From positions 322,733 through 386,732 of the forward strand of contig JAAOMT010000261.1 in the NCBI GenBank assembly GCA_016748015.1: 64,000 nt of DNA. Direction: 5' to 3'. This DNA comes from Geosiphon pyriformis uo1 (taxonomy: Eukaryota; Fungi; Glomeromycota). This document shows positions 53,416-64,000 of the stretch, in pieces (the stretch's first letter is position 1; each line of letters begins with the position of its first letter). The notes beneath the pieces are model-generated. The model worked only from the letters and a program-made list of their open reading frames with translations. It did not search any database and was not told where the DNA came from. A program made the position numbers and the translations under genes.

Positions 53416-54754
53416 TTTGAATTTGTTTTTGCTGTGTTGTTTTCGTGAGAGAGCACCAAATGTTACCAGAAGTTTTTGGTCTCTTTTTAGTTCTTGTATG
53501 TTTGTTGTAATGCTGTTAATTCACGACTATAGGAAGTGTTTGAACCTCCGATAACTGAATTTTATCTTCAAATTATCTCCTATAATTTGAACTGCTGGGC
53601 TTATAAGTGGAATGGCCAATTTCTTGCCAGTTACTTTATGTAGTTATGTTGTAGTAAACATCAACTTTTTCCCAGAAATTGCTCATCTGGAAGCTTACAA
53701 AAATGTGTAGTTACTTTGCTGTGAAAGTCAACTCTTCTACAGGAATCTTGTCTGTAGCCTACCCTAATAATTATAATAAGAAAATAAAAGAAAAGTAAAA
53801 GAAATGTAAAAGAAATTGAATTCTGTTAAGGGAAACGTTTTCTATCCAGGCCTGGAGTCACTAACAGTTTACTGAAATTGGTAGCTAATCAATTTCAAAA
53901 TGTTAGTTGGGTTTTGGGGATTTTCCAAGTGCAATAATTAAAGAATTTGGTTTTTCAAATTATTTGATATTTATTTCTTTTTGTGTGTGTAGGAATAGTT
54001 CTAAGTGATAAATCTAAAGTAAGATACATTTTCTCAAAGAGAGAAGCTCTTCTTTTTATACAACTTGTCATAACACTATTCTATAAACTTGAACTTTGCT
54101 ATTTTCTACAATTTTGCTGAACTAAAGATACATTTTGGTGAACTACAAGTTATTTCTGTAAACTATTAGATATTTTGGTGAACTATCAATTATTTTGGCG
54201 AATTTCTACAAATTTCAGTGAACTTTTTGAATGTTACATAGTTTGGNNNNNNNNNNNNNNNNNNNNNNNNNNNNNNNNNNNNNNNNNNNNNNNNNNNNNN
54301 NNNNNNNNNNNNNNNNNNNNNNNNNNNNNNNNNNNNNNNNNNNNNNNNNNNNNNNNNNNNNNNNNNNNNNNNNNNNNNNNNNNNNNNNNNNNNNNNNNNN
54401 NNNNNNNNNNNNNNNNNNNNNNNNNNNNNNNNNNNNNNNNNNNNNNNNNNNNNNNNNNNNNNNNNNNNNNNNNNNNNNNNNNNNNNNNNNNNNNNNNNNN
54501 NNNNNNNNNNNNNNNNNNNNNNNNNNNNNNNNNNNNNNNNNNNNNNNNNNNNNNNNNNNNNNNNNNNNNNNNNNNNNNNNNNNNNNNNNNNNNNNNNNNN
54601 NNNNNNNNNNNNNNNNNNNNNNNNNNNNNNNNNNNNNNNNNNNNNNNNNNNNNNNNNNNNNNNNNNNNNNNNNNNNNNNNNNNNNNNNNNNNNNNNNNNN
54701 NNNNNNNNNNNNNNNNNNNNNNNNNNNNNNNNNNNNNNNNNNNNNNNNNNNNNN

Positions 54755-55171
54755 CTTATTCAAGCTTCAGTACTAATCTATTCAGACTACAGTAAGCCAT
54801 TCATAATTACAACTGATACATCTGGCCAAACATTGAGAGCAGTATTATCACAGAAAAAACTGGATGGGAGAAAACATCCAGTAACATATGCCAGCCAAAG
54901 TTTGAGTCTAGCTGAAAAGAACTATAGAATTCTAGCTTTAGAACACTTAGCCATTTATTGGGCTGTCATCAAATGGAAAGAATACTTGAGTCAAAAGTTT
55001 GACATATATACTGATCACAAAGGATTGACTTCAATCCAAAAGCAAAAATTTGGAGATAATTGCTATGCCAGATGAAAGATAAAACTTTCAGCATTTAATT
55101 ACACAGTATATTACAAAAAAGAAAAAGAAAACAGAAATGCTGATGGATTGTCGTAAATAAGACAAATTTAA
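54755..55171 (+). pseudogene. Element A RNase H region (after gap)
   Basis: IITTDTSGQTLRAVLSQ..HPVTYASQSL..EKNY..LEHLAI..FDIYTDHKGL..NADGLS; stop at 55169-55171. Confidence 0.85.
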
Positions 55172-55201
55172 AGACATTCCAACCCAAAAATATAACAAAA
55201 G

Positions 55202-56571
55202 ATGAATATACAAAAATACCAACAACTTCAACATTATATAAATACCTAATTGTTCAAGGAGAAATTATCTCAAAAAGAACAAAGAAACATAAAACAACAA
55301 TCAAAATATTTTATCAACCATCAAAATATACTTTACCAGAAGAACAAAAGAAATTCAGATCAACTAACTAGAGTAATCACAGAACCAGAGAAAGAAACAA
55401 TATTATTCAATATGCACTCAAATCCAACAGCAGAACATTTTTATAAAGAAACAACCATGGAAAGAACCAAAAAAAAATACTATTGACCAACAATATATCC
55501 AGACATTATCCAATATGTTCAAAATTGTGATGCTTGTCAGAGAAGAGGAGGAACAAAACTTAGTGAACCATTGAGACTAATCAGAGTGGAACAATTATTT
55601 GATTGTATTAAAATTGACTTAATCAGACTATTAACAATCACCAGCAGAGGCAACAGATATATTGCAATAGTCATGAATTATCTTACTAAATGGCCAGAAG
55701 CAAAAGCCATTCAAAGAGCAGATGCAGAATCCATTGCCGAATTCATTCATCAAGATTTAATATGTCAACACAGATGTTCAAAAAAACTATTATCAGATCA
55801 AGGAACTCATTTTGTGAATAGAACATTAGAAAAATTAAGTCAAAGATTTGGAATTAAAAGACCATTGTCATCACCATACCATCCATAAACCAATAGATTA
55901 GTTAAAAAATTTAATAAAACATTGTGTAAAGCCATTGTCAAAATCAGCCAAGAAAACCAGGATGAATAAGATTTGATTATACTATCAGTATTATTTGCTT
56001 ATTGGACAATGAAGCAGGACACTACACAAACAACACCATTCAAATTAGTATATGGTAGAATAGCAATATTACCAGTTGAAATAGAAGTTAAAACATATCC
56101 AACAGAACCAATAACAGAAGAGAATTTTCAAAGAACATTGTTGAAAAGAACATATGACTTAATGGAAACACTAGAAAACACATGACAAAAAGCAGCTGAT
56201 AACATACAAAAGTCACAAGAGAAACAAAAAAAAGACACAATAACCAACTATTAGAGAAACCAGTTGAATTCAAAATTGGAAACAAAATACTTCTATATTG
56301 TACTAAAGCAGAAAAACAATGGAGTGGAAAATTTGACTCCAAATAGGACAGACCATTTTACATAAAAGAAATTCTTAGAAATGGAGCTTATAAATTAAGG
56401 TTGAACAACAAAATTTTAACCAAAACAGCACATGATGATTGACTGAAACAATATCACCATATAATATTATCATCTACCAGTAATATTTCACAATTAAAAG
56501 TACAGAGAATATTAGTCAAACCAGATGAAATTTCATAAGATCTAATTATAATCATTGAACCAAACATGTAA
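55202..56571 (+). pseudogene. Element A integrase, separate ORF
   Basis: Begins MNIQKY; contains HSNPTAEH..CDAC, NYLTKWPEA, SDQGTHF and TPFKLVYGR. Confidence 0.85.
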
Positions 56572-57273
56572 AATTGAACAATCAAAAGAGTATATAAAGA
56601 CACATTAAACGCAACAAAAGACAGCAGAAAATAGAGATTACTGACAGCATTCACTCATTAACACAACAACTTTTTTAACTGATACAACAACAAAAGATAG
56701 AAATTACAATCAACCAACAAACTATCAGATATACAAACACCAGAAAAAAACCATGAGATAAAATATGAAAGAAAACAGGAAACACAGTAGACAAAATAAT
56801 CACAAAAGTGAAATTAGCAATAGAAACACAACCAAAAGTCATCTAATATCAAGAGTTGACTATAAACACTTGGAATTGGTAGATACAACAATTTCCAAGA
56901 AACTTTTGTTACTTTTATTTGGGACAATACTTAAACATTTAAAGCTTGTATATGAATAAAACAAAACAATTATTTAATACAACAATACTGCAACAACTAG
57001 AACAATTTGTGAGGAAGAACAATTTGACCACACAAGCAAGAGCCATCTATTGGCTACACACCAGATTTCAAAATTGACCAAAAATCTTACTCAATCCAGA
57101 AATAAACTCCGTTACCATTAACTAAATGGGAAAAATAACAAATGCTTAATTTGAAGAATTACAAAACAAAATAGCACAAATAATTCTTGAAAAAAAAGTT
57201 CAAGAAATACTCAAAGACAGAAAATTAGAATTAGAGGATCTTAACAGAACTCAATATTAAAAAAAGAGAATAA

Positions 57274-57521
57274 TGTTACTTATAAAATATAGGTAGTATA
57301 TTAGCATATAAATTAGCTAATCAGAAGTAGTTATAGTAAATGTGGAATTTTAGGATTCTTTTTAAAGAATTGCAAGATTCCAGGAATTTCAGAATTCTTA
57401 TACAAGGAATTGCAGGATTCTAGAATTCCAGGATTTCTCTTAAAAGAATTGTAGAATTCCAGAAATTCTAGGATTCCTGGTGTAAAAAATTGAGGAATTG
57501 AAGAATTCTAATTATGTATAT
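57274..57521 (+). repeat. Element A 3' LTR, first part (interrupted by element C)
   Basis: Matches 28655-28860; preceded by the purine tract aaaaaaagagaa. Confidence 0.88.
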
Positions 57522-60500
57522 TGTTACCAGACAAAATTAGAGATATTATTTAGCATAAAATTATCTTATAATTCCTATCATTAATTAGCATATATTATCA
57601 TTTCAAATGATCACTTATTACATTAGCAAAAATGTCCAAAATTATCATTTAATTAATAACCCAAATTGTACACAACACAAATGTAATCTAATTGCAATGA
57701 TCAATCATGCAATACCCCAAACTATGTAATATTCAGAAGTTTGCCAAAATTTGTAGAAATTTGCTGAAATAATTGATAGTTTACCAAAATATCTAATAGT
57801 TTGCCGAAATAACTTGTAGTTCGCCGAAATGTATCTTTAGTTCAGCAAAATTGTAGAAAATAGCAAAGTTCAAGTTCATAGAATAGTGTTACAACAAGTT
57901 GTATAAAAAAAGAGCTTCTCTCTTCGAGAAAATGTATCTTACTTTAGATTTATCACTTAGAATCATTTCTACACACACAAAAAGAAATAAATACCAAATA
58001 ATTTGAAAAACCAAATTCTTTAATTATTGCTCTTGGAAAATCCCCAAAAACCAACTAACATTTCGAAATTGATTAGTTACCAATTTTAGTAAACTGTTAG
58101 TGACTCCAGGCCTGGATAGAAAACGTTTCTCTTGACAAAATTCTATTTCTTTTACATTTCTTTTATTTTCCTTTTCTTTTCTTATTACAATCATTAGGAT
58201 AGCCTACAGACGAGATTTCTGTAGAAGAGTTGACTTTCACAGCAAAGTAACTACACATTTTTAGTGAGCTTCCAGATGAACAATTCCTGGGAAAGAGTTG
58301 ACATTTACTACAATGTAACTACATAAAGTAACTGGCAAGGAATTGACCATTCCACTTATAAGTCCAGCAGTTCAAATTATAGGAGATAATTTGAAGATAA
58401 ATTCAGTTATTGGAGGTTCAACTACTTCCTGAAAAATGTGAATTCACAGCAAATCAACATTACCAACATTTAAGAAAAGAAACCAAAAACCTCTGGTAAC
58501 ATTTGGTGCTCTCCCACGGAAATAACACAGTAACAAATTCAAAGTGGTGACCGCCTCAGACATCACAACCTTAGAGTACTATTAATCAATTTACACACAC
58601 TGCAAACAACGATTTGAAATATGCAACGGAATCATAGCTTTCAAGAAAACACTTTTTCAATACATCGAAAATTGAATCAACAACTATCTCTTTGGGAACT
58701 ATAACATTATAACAGTTAAAAAAGATCTTCTTGAGAACATACTACACTATTCCAACACTGAATCAAAAAACATTAGTGCTGAAGCTTGCACTACTTATTT
58801 TGAGGAACTCGATTATAATATCATTCAATTCTGTGAAGAAAAATATCCTGCAAACACACAATTTGCCTTTAAACTCGAATCTGAACCTGAAACCAGTAGC
58901 AACAAAAGACAAAAAGATAACCGACCTGTTCACACAACACCCAATACTCCCAAAATATCATTCAAACAATTACAAACACCTGAACAAGGAACCAGCTCAA
59001 AACTTCCACTTACTATTACACCTTTTCCAGCTTCACTTGCACAAACACAAACACCTAATTCACCCTTGAATTGATTTGCAAGACCAGAAGATTTTACATC
59101 ACTCAGAAGTCCCACCAGACAACAAGAACCCCTTCAAACTAGTTCCAATCTCCTTGATTTCTAGCTGAAAATCAAAGTGAACACTCTGAGACAGCAGCAA
59201 ATGAAAAAAACAACTCTGAAATAACCAAAGAAGAATCAATAGACAGTGAAAACAAAGAAGACGAAATGACAACATACATCGCAAAAATTCTTGAATTCAA
59301 TGGAGAAGATATTGAGACCAGTCCCCAAGAATGGCTCGACCAAGTTACTAAAGCTGGAGATGCAAATGGATGGAACGCTGCCAGAATGTTAAGAACAATT
59401 CCCTACTTTCTCAAAAGAACAGAAGGAGAATGGTTTGAAAATCTTGCTGCCCCATTCAATAATTGGAATGCTTTCAAAGCAGCCTTCCTTGAACAGTTCA
59501 CTGACAATAATACCTCCATCACTCTTCGCAATTGTTTTCAAAATATCAAACAAGAACTCTCTGAATCCGTTATGACTTATATTGGGAAATTCAACAAACT
59601 TCTCAGATGGATTCGCCAACTCGAAACAAACAATTATTATTTTGATGCTCAAATCTTGGATCAATTTATCACTGGTCTAAAAGATAAACTAATTAAAAAG
59701 ATTTGCCCACATGCACCAGAAGATTTAAACTCTGCCATACAGCATGCAAAAAGATACGAAATGGCCATGAAAGAAGCCAATCATACAAAACTTGTAAATT
59801 TGGCAATTGGAGAAACCAGCTCAGCAGCTGAGGAAAAAATTGACCAACTCACAAAAAAGGTCGAAAACTATTTTACCAACCAACAACAACAACAACCCTA
59901 AAGATATCAACCACCCCAAAGACGAAATCAAAATAACTTTGCACCACTTTCCAATAACCAGCCCCAGAATTGCTATTACTGTAGAATCTCTGGCCACTGG
60001 AAAAGAGATTGCAGAAAGCTGCAACGAGACCAACAAAATAGGGGTAATCAACGTTACTCTCCACCACAGCAATCTTATTATCAACCATTACCACCAGCTT
60101 ACTATTTACCAAGACCCCAATACCAAAATAATTATTATCAGCCCACCCCATAACCAATCCAACAGCAATACCAACAATCACCCACACAACATTATCAAGT
60201 ACCTACTTGAAGACTGATTACACAAAATCAATTCAGACCACAAAACTGATACCAAGTAAACAACAGTAGAATCAGTTCGAACAACCAATTGGTTCCCCGA
60301 AATACCACTCAACCAAGACCCAACCATTACCACACTCAATCCAGTTATTTAACAATGCCGAAAGAACAGGATTTTCACCATACTGCACTCTCGGAAGGTA
60401 GAGCTGCAGCACAACAACAACAAAACCCTTCTCATAACCACACCACTATTTCACCAGCCCAAATTGCTGAAAACGCCAATCTCTCTGATATCTTTCCTTT

Positions 60501-63500
60501 TGAATTTGAAGCAAATGAATCACCATTCTTGCTTAGCAATGCAGCAGCTAATAAGCAAAAAGTCATCACTGCAATGTACACAGAAGCTGAAGTAGAAGGA
60601 AAGCCAATTCGCTTGATCCTAGACAGTGGATCCACCGGAAGCATTATTACCTACCAGTTAATGCAACAGTTAAAAAAAAATGTCGACCGACCAGCTCAAA
60701 CAGTAATTGTCACTGCTGATGGCATAAAAAAGACCCCAGTAGGAGAAATTGACAATTTTCCGTTCACTCTTGATGGAATCACCATTCCAGTCAAAGTTCT
60801 TGTAATGGACGCACCCCAGTACCAAGCTCTTGTTGGAAATGATTGGCTTCAAAAAGCCAATGCTAATCTGAATTGGAAAACACAAGAGTTAACAATCTCC
60901 TACCAAGAACAACATGCCCGGGTACCTGCCATTTGTGGTACATTTAACAAATGCTCTGAAAAAACTCCGGCTTTTGAATTTGAACCAGAAGAAAAAAAAC
61001 CAATAATCAAAACATTCATGGCTCTTGGATCAATGTCCAACTGGGCCAATGAAACAGAACAAGAACATTTTATCTCACACACTAAACCCGAAACCTCTGG
61101 ATGGAATATACCTTACTCAAAACCTGAACCAAGGAAACAATGCCCCTATATTCCTCTTAAATGTAAGGACTGCCACAAGAAACTATTGTCAATAGGAGCC
61201 TGCATTTCACCTGAAAAAGAATATGAGAATCATACTTGTTATTACTGTAAGACTTGCCACAGAGAGTGATGGGGCCATCTAATAAAAAAGAGCAGAAAAT
61301 GGGACAACACCCTTTGAAATATGCTACTGGAAGAATGCAATTAGATTGATGTAGCAATGAGAGAAGGTGTCTGCAATCAGACCTGCCAATATGCTTTATC
61401 AATTTCAGAAAAAGTAAAAAGAGGAACACTCTTTAATGCAGCATACAATAGTGCTCTCAACAAACTTTATCACTACCCTCATAATGTCGAGATGATTTTT
61501 GACTTAGCAATGGCATTAATTAATGGAGCTACCAAAGAAGATGTTCGTCAAATGAAGGAAGCAGAATACATTGAATACACTATGGAATTAGCTGGATTTG
61601 ATTACGAAGATGAAGTAAAAGTCTACCACCAAATTGCAAATCACACTTACCTGACCCAAGAAGCTCAAATTCAACGATTAGAGCAAATGAACATTAGGCT
61701 ATGTGAAGAATGCATTATGCCTTGCAATGAACAATGGTGTCCTGAATACTATGCTCTTAGTATCCCCTTGTCCAGCAAAAATAATAAGAATGAAATTGAA
61801 TTCGGAGAACCTGAAGAAATGGAAGAAATTGAAACAACACCCATCTACCTTATCGAAAATCAGCCTGCCTTACAACTTAAATACTTCAACAACAATGGAC
61901 AAAGAATAAAACCTGAAAAAGCACACGAAATTGATGCTGGATATGACCTAAAATATCCAGGCAAGAATACTCTTGTTCTCAAACCCAAATCTCTCACAAA
62001 AATCAACCTCAAAATTGCACTCGAAATCTCGCCAGGAGCAATAATTCAAATCACCTTCTAGTCCTCTCTGACAAGCAAAGAAATCAATGTCAGAGGAGAA
62101 ATAATCGATGCTGGATATACTGGAGACATAACAGTAATGCTTCAAAATGAAACTGACAAACCATTCAAGATCAAACATGCTGAAAAAATTGCCCAAGCTA
62201 TTTACCTACCTTTAATCAACATTTCAGGTTTGCAACTAGTCAATCAAAGAGAACAATTAGGAAAAAGCGATAGAGGAACCCAAGGTTTTGGTTCAACTGG
62301 ACGATTCACAGTTCCAGTTAATATAGCTCTTAACATACAGAACGAATCCCACCAGATTCTCAGACTTCCACAACTGATTACTATCTCACCCTTTAGAGAA
62401 CATCCAGAAATCTACACCTGCCCAAAGTCAACAACTCCACAACAAATTCAAGACAACAGCTGGATCAACAAACAGTCGCTACAGGCTTAGAGCTGTTCTT
62501 AAACTTTATAACCTATTCCACATCTGTGAAAACATACTGCAAAACCCAATTTTTCAACCTTTGAAGATTCAATATATTAGAAAGCTCACAGAACTAAAAT
62601 TTCAACAATTTTCAGACCAAATTTCTTTAATAATTTTGAATTATTATCTGGAAATAACAGACAGTACTTGGACTTCGACAGAGCTCAGTCTTAAGGAGAA
62701 GGTTATGTTATCAGATGAAATTAGAGATATTATTTAGCATGAAATTATCTTATAATTCCTATCATTAATTAGCATATATTATTGTTTCAAATAATTACTT
62801 ATTACATTAGCAAAAATGTCCGAAATTATCATTTAATTAATAACCCAAATTGTACACAACACAAATATAACCTAATTGCGATGATCAATCATGCAATACC
62901 CCAAACTATGTAACATTCAGAAGTTCGCCAAAATTTGTAGAAATTCACCGAAATAATTAATAGTTTACCAAAATATCTAATAGTTCGCCGAAATAACTTG
63001 TAGTTCGCCAAAATGTATCTTTAGTTCAGCAAAATTGTAGAAAATAGCAAAGTTCAAGTTTATAAAATAGTGTTACAACAAGTTGTATAAAAGAAGAGCT
63101 TCTCTCTTCGAGAAAATGTATCTTACTTTAGATTTATCACTTAGAACCATTTCTACACACACAAAAAGAAATAAATACCAAATAATTTGAAAAACCAAAT
63201 TTTTTAATTATTGCCCTTAGAAAATTCCCAAAAACCAACTAACATTTCGAAATTGATTAGCTACCAATTTCAGTAAACTGTTAGTGACTCCAGACCTGGA
63301 TAGAAAACGTTTCTTTTAACAAAATTCTATTTCTTTTACATTTCTTTTCTTTTTCTTTTCTTTTCTTATTACAATCATTAGGATAGCCTACAGACAAGAT
63401 TCCTGTAGAAGAGTTGACTTTCACAGCAAAGTAACTACACATTTTTAGTGAGCTTCCAGACGAGCAATTCCTGGGAAAGAGTTGACGTTTACTACAATGT

Positions 63501-63685
63501 AACTACATAAAGTAACTGACAAGGAATTGGCTATTCTACTTATAAGCCCAGCAGTTCAAATTATAAAAGATAATTTGAAGATAAATTCAGTTATTGGAGG
63601 TTCAACTACTTCCTGAAAAACATGAATTCACAGCAAATCAACATTACCAACATTTAAGAAAAGAGACCAAAAACCTCCAGTAACA
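57522..63685 (+). mobile_element. Ty3/Gypsy element C, internally deleted (no RT/RNase H/integrase), intact 980-bp LTRs and ATAT target-site duplication
   Basis: LTRs at 57522-58501 and 62706-63685, PBS 58504. gag-PR-Cys-rich-dUTPase (58544-~62440) is fused to the ORF3 3' end. atat flanks both ends. Confidence 0.92.
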
Positions 63686-64000
63686 ATATATATCAATAAC
63701 AGTTAGAAAGAAAAAGACAGATCTCCCAGTTTAGATTTAATCTAAGCAATCATCCAATTCACAAATATTAATAAATAATTATTTGATATCTCAAATTCAC
63801 TCTTCACTATCAACACTTCATGTTGATAATAATTGATACTTAACCATACTGGAACAATAGCTCTTGATTATGGCTATTGACACAATACTAACATTCATTG
63901 CCTTGATTTATTTTTCTTTTTTTTTTTTTCTTTTTGTTATTTTTTTGTTTTACTAATTGATTGAAGATTAAGCACTAAGTTATTGACATCAAAGATAGCT
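63686..64000 (+). repeat. Element A 3' LTR, second part
   Basis: Resumes the match to the 5' LTR at ~28860-29175. Confidence 0.88.

Larger units (their letters stand above)
45458..54246 (-). mobile_element. Ty3/Gypsy LTR retrotransposon D (same LTR subfamily as C), both outer ends lost in N gaps
   Basis: 5' LTR 53461-54246, PBS, gag-pol 53415-47794, integrase 47743-46358, ORF3 46241-45522, PPT and 3' LTR start at 45553. Confidence 0.92.
28655..64000 (+). mobile_element. Ty3/Gypsy LTR retrotransposon A (outermost of the nest; continues past the window end)
   Basis: 5' LTR 28655-29469, gag-PR-dUTPase-RT start 29532-34595, RNase H 54755-55171, integrase 55202-56571, ORF3 remnant and PPT. The 3' LTR starts at 57274 and matches 28655. 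Confidence 0.85.

Noticed and set aside
54175-54795. Long ORFs reported across 54.2-54.8 kb
   Set aside because: They consist of N-gap translations.

Overview
AT-rich, intron-containing eukaryotic (fungal) DNA. It is probably from a Glomeromycotina genome; the transposon families resemble those I associate with Geosiphon pyriformis (inference only). A compact island of five spliced host genes lies at about 5.7-14.1 kb: a bacterial-like SEC59/DGK1/VTE5 isoprenoid-alcohol kinase, PDCD5, calcineurin B, an ARFRP1/Arl3 GTPase and PRP4 kinase. The island sits among three decayed RNase H-bearing LINEs (1-4010 +, 14830-21733 -, 21891-28654 +). From 28655 onward there is a nested stack of four Ty3/Gypsy LTR elements, A, B, D and C. 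All TE copies are riddled with C>T/G>A changes. Comparing the Gypsy copies reveals an unusual, complex-retrovirus-like design shared by two divergent families: (1) Gag has a long, Met-free N-terminal extension with a conserved AAA-GTG candidate start; (2) a Cys-rich domain and a dUTPase lie between protease and RT; (3) the polyprotein stops after RNase H and the integrase is a separate ATG-initiated ORF; (4) a conserved non-envelope ORF3 lies before or across the PPT and 3' LTR; (5) the U3 regions carry phased motif arrays. The window also contains assembly artefacts: N gaps, a gap-flanking duplication and an untrimmed Nextera/Tn5 adapter at 45078-45096.
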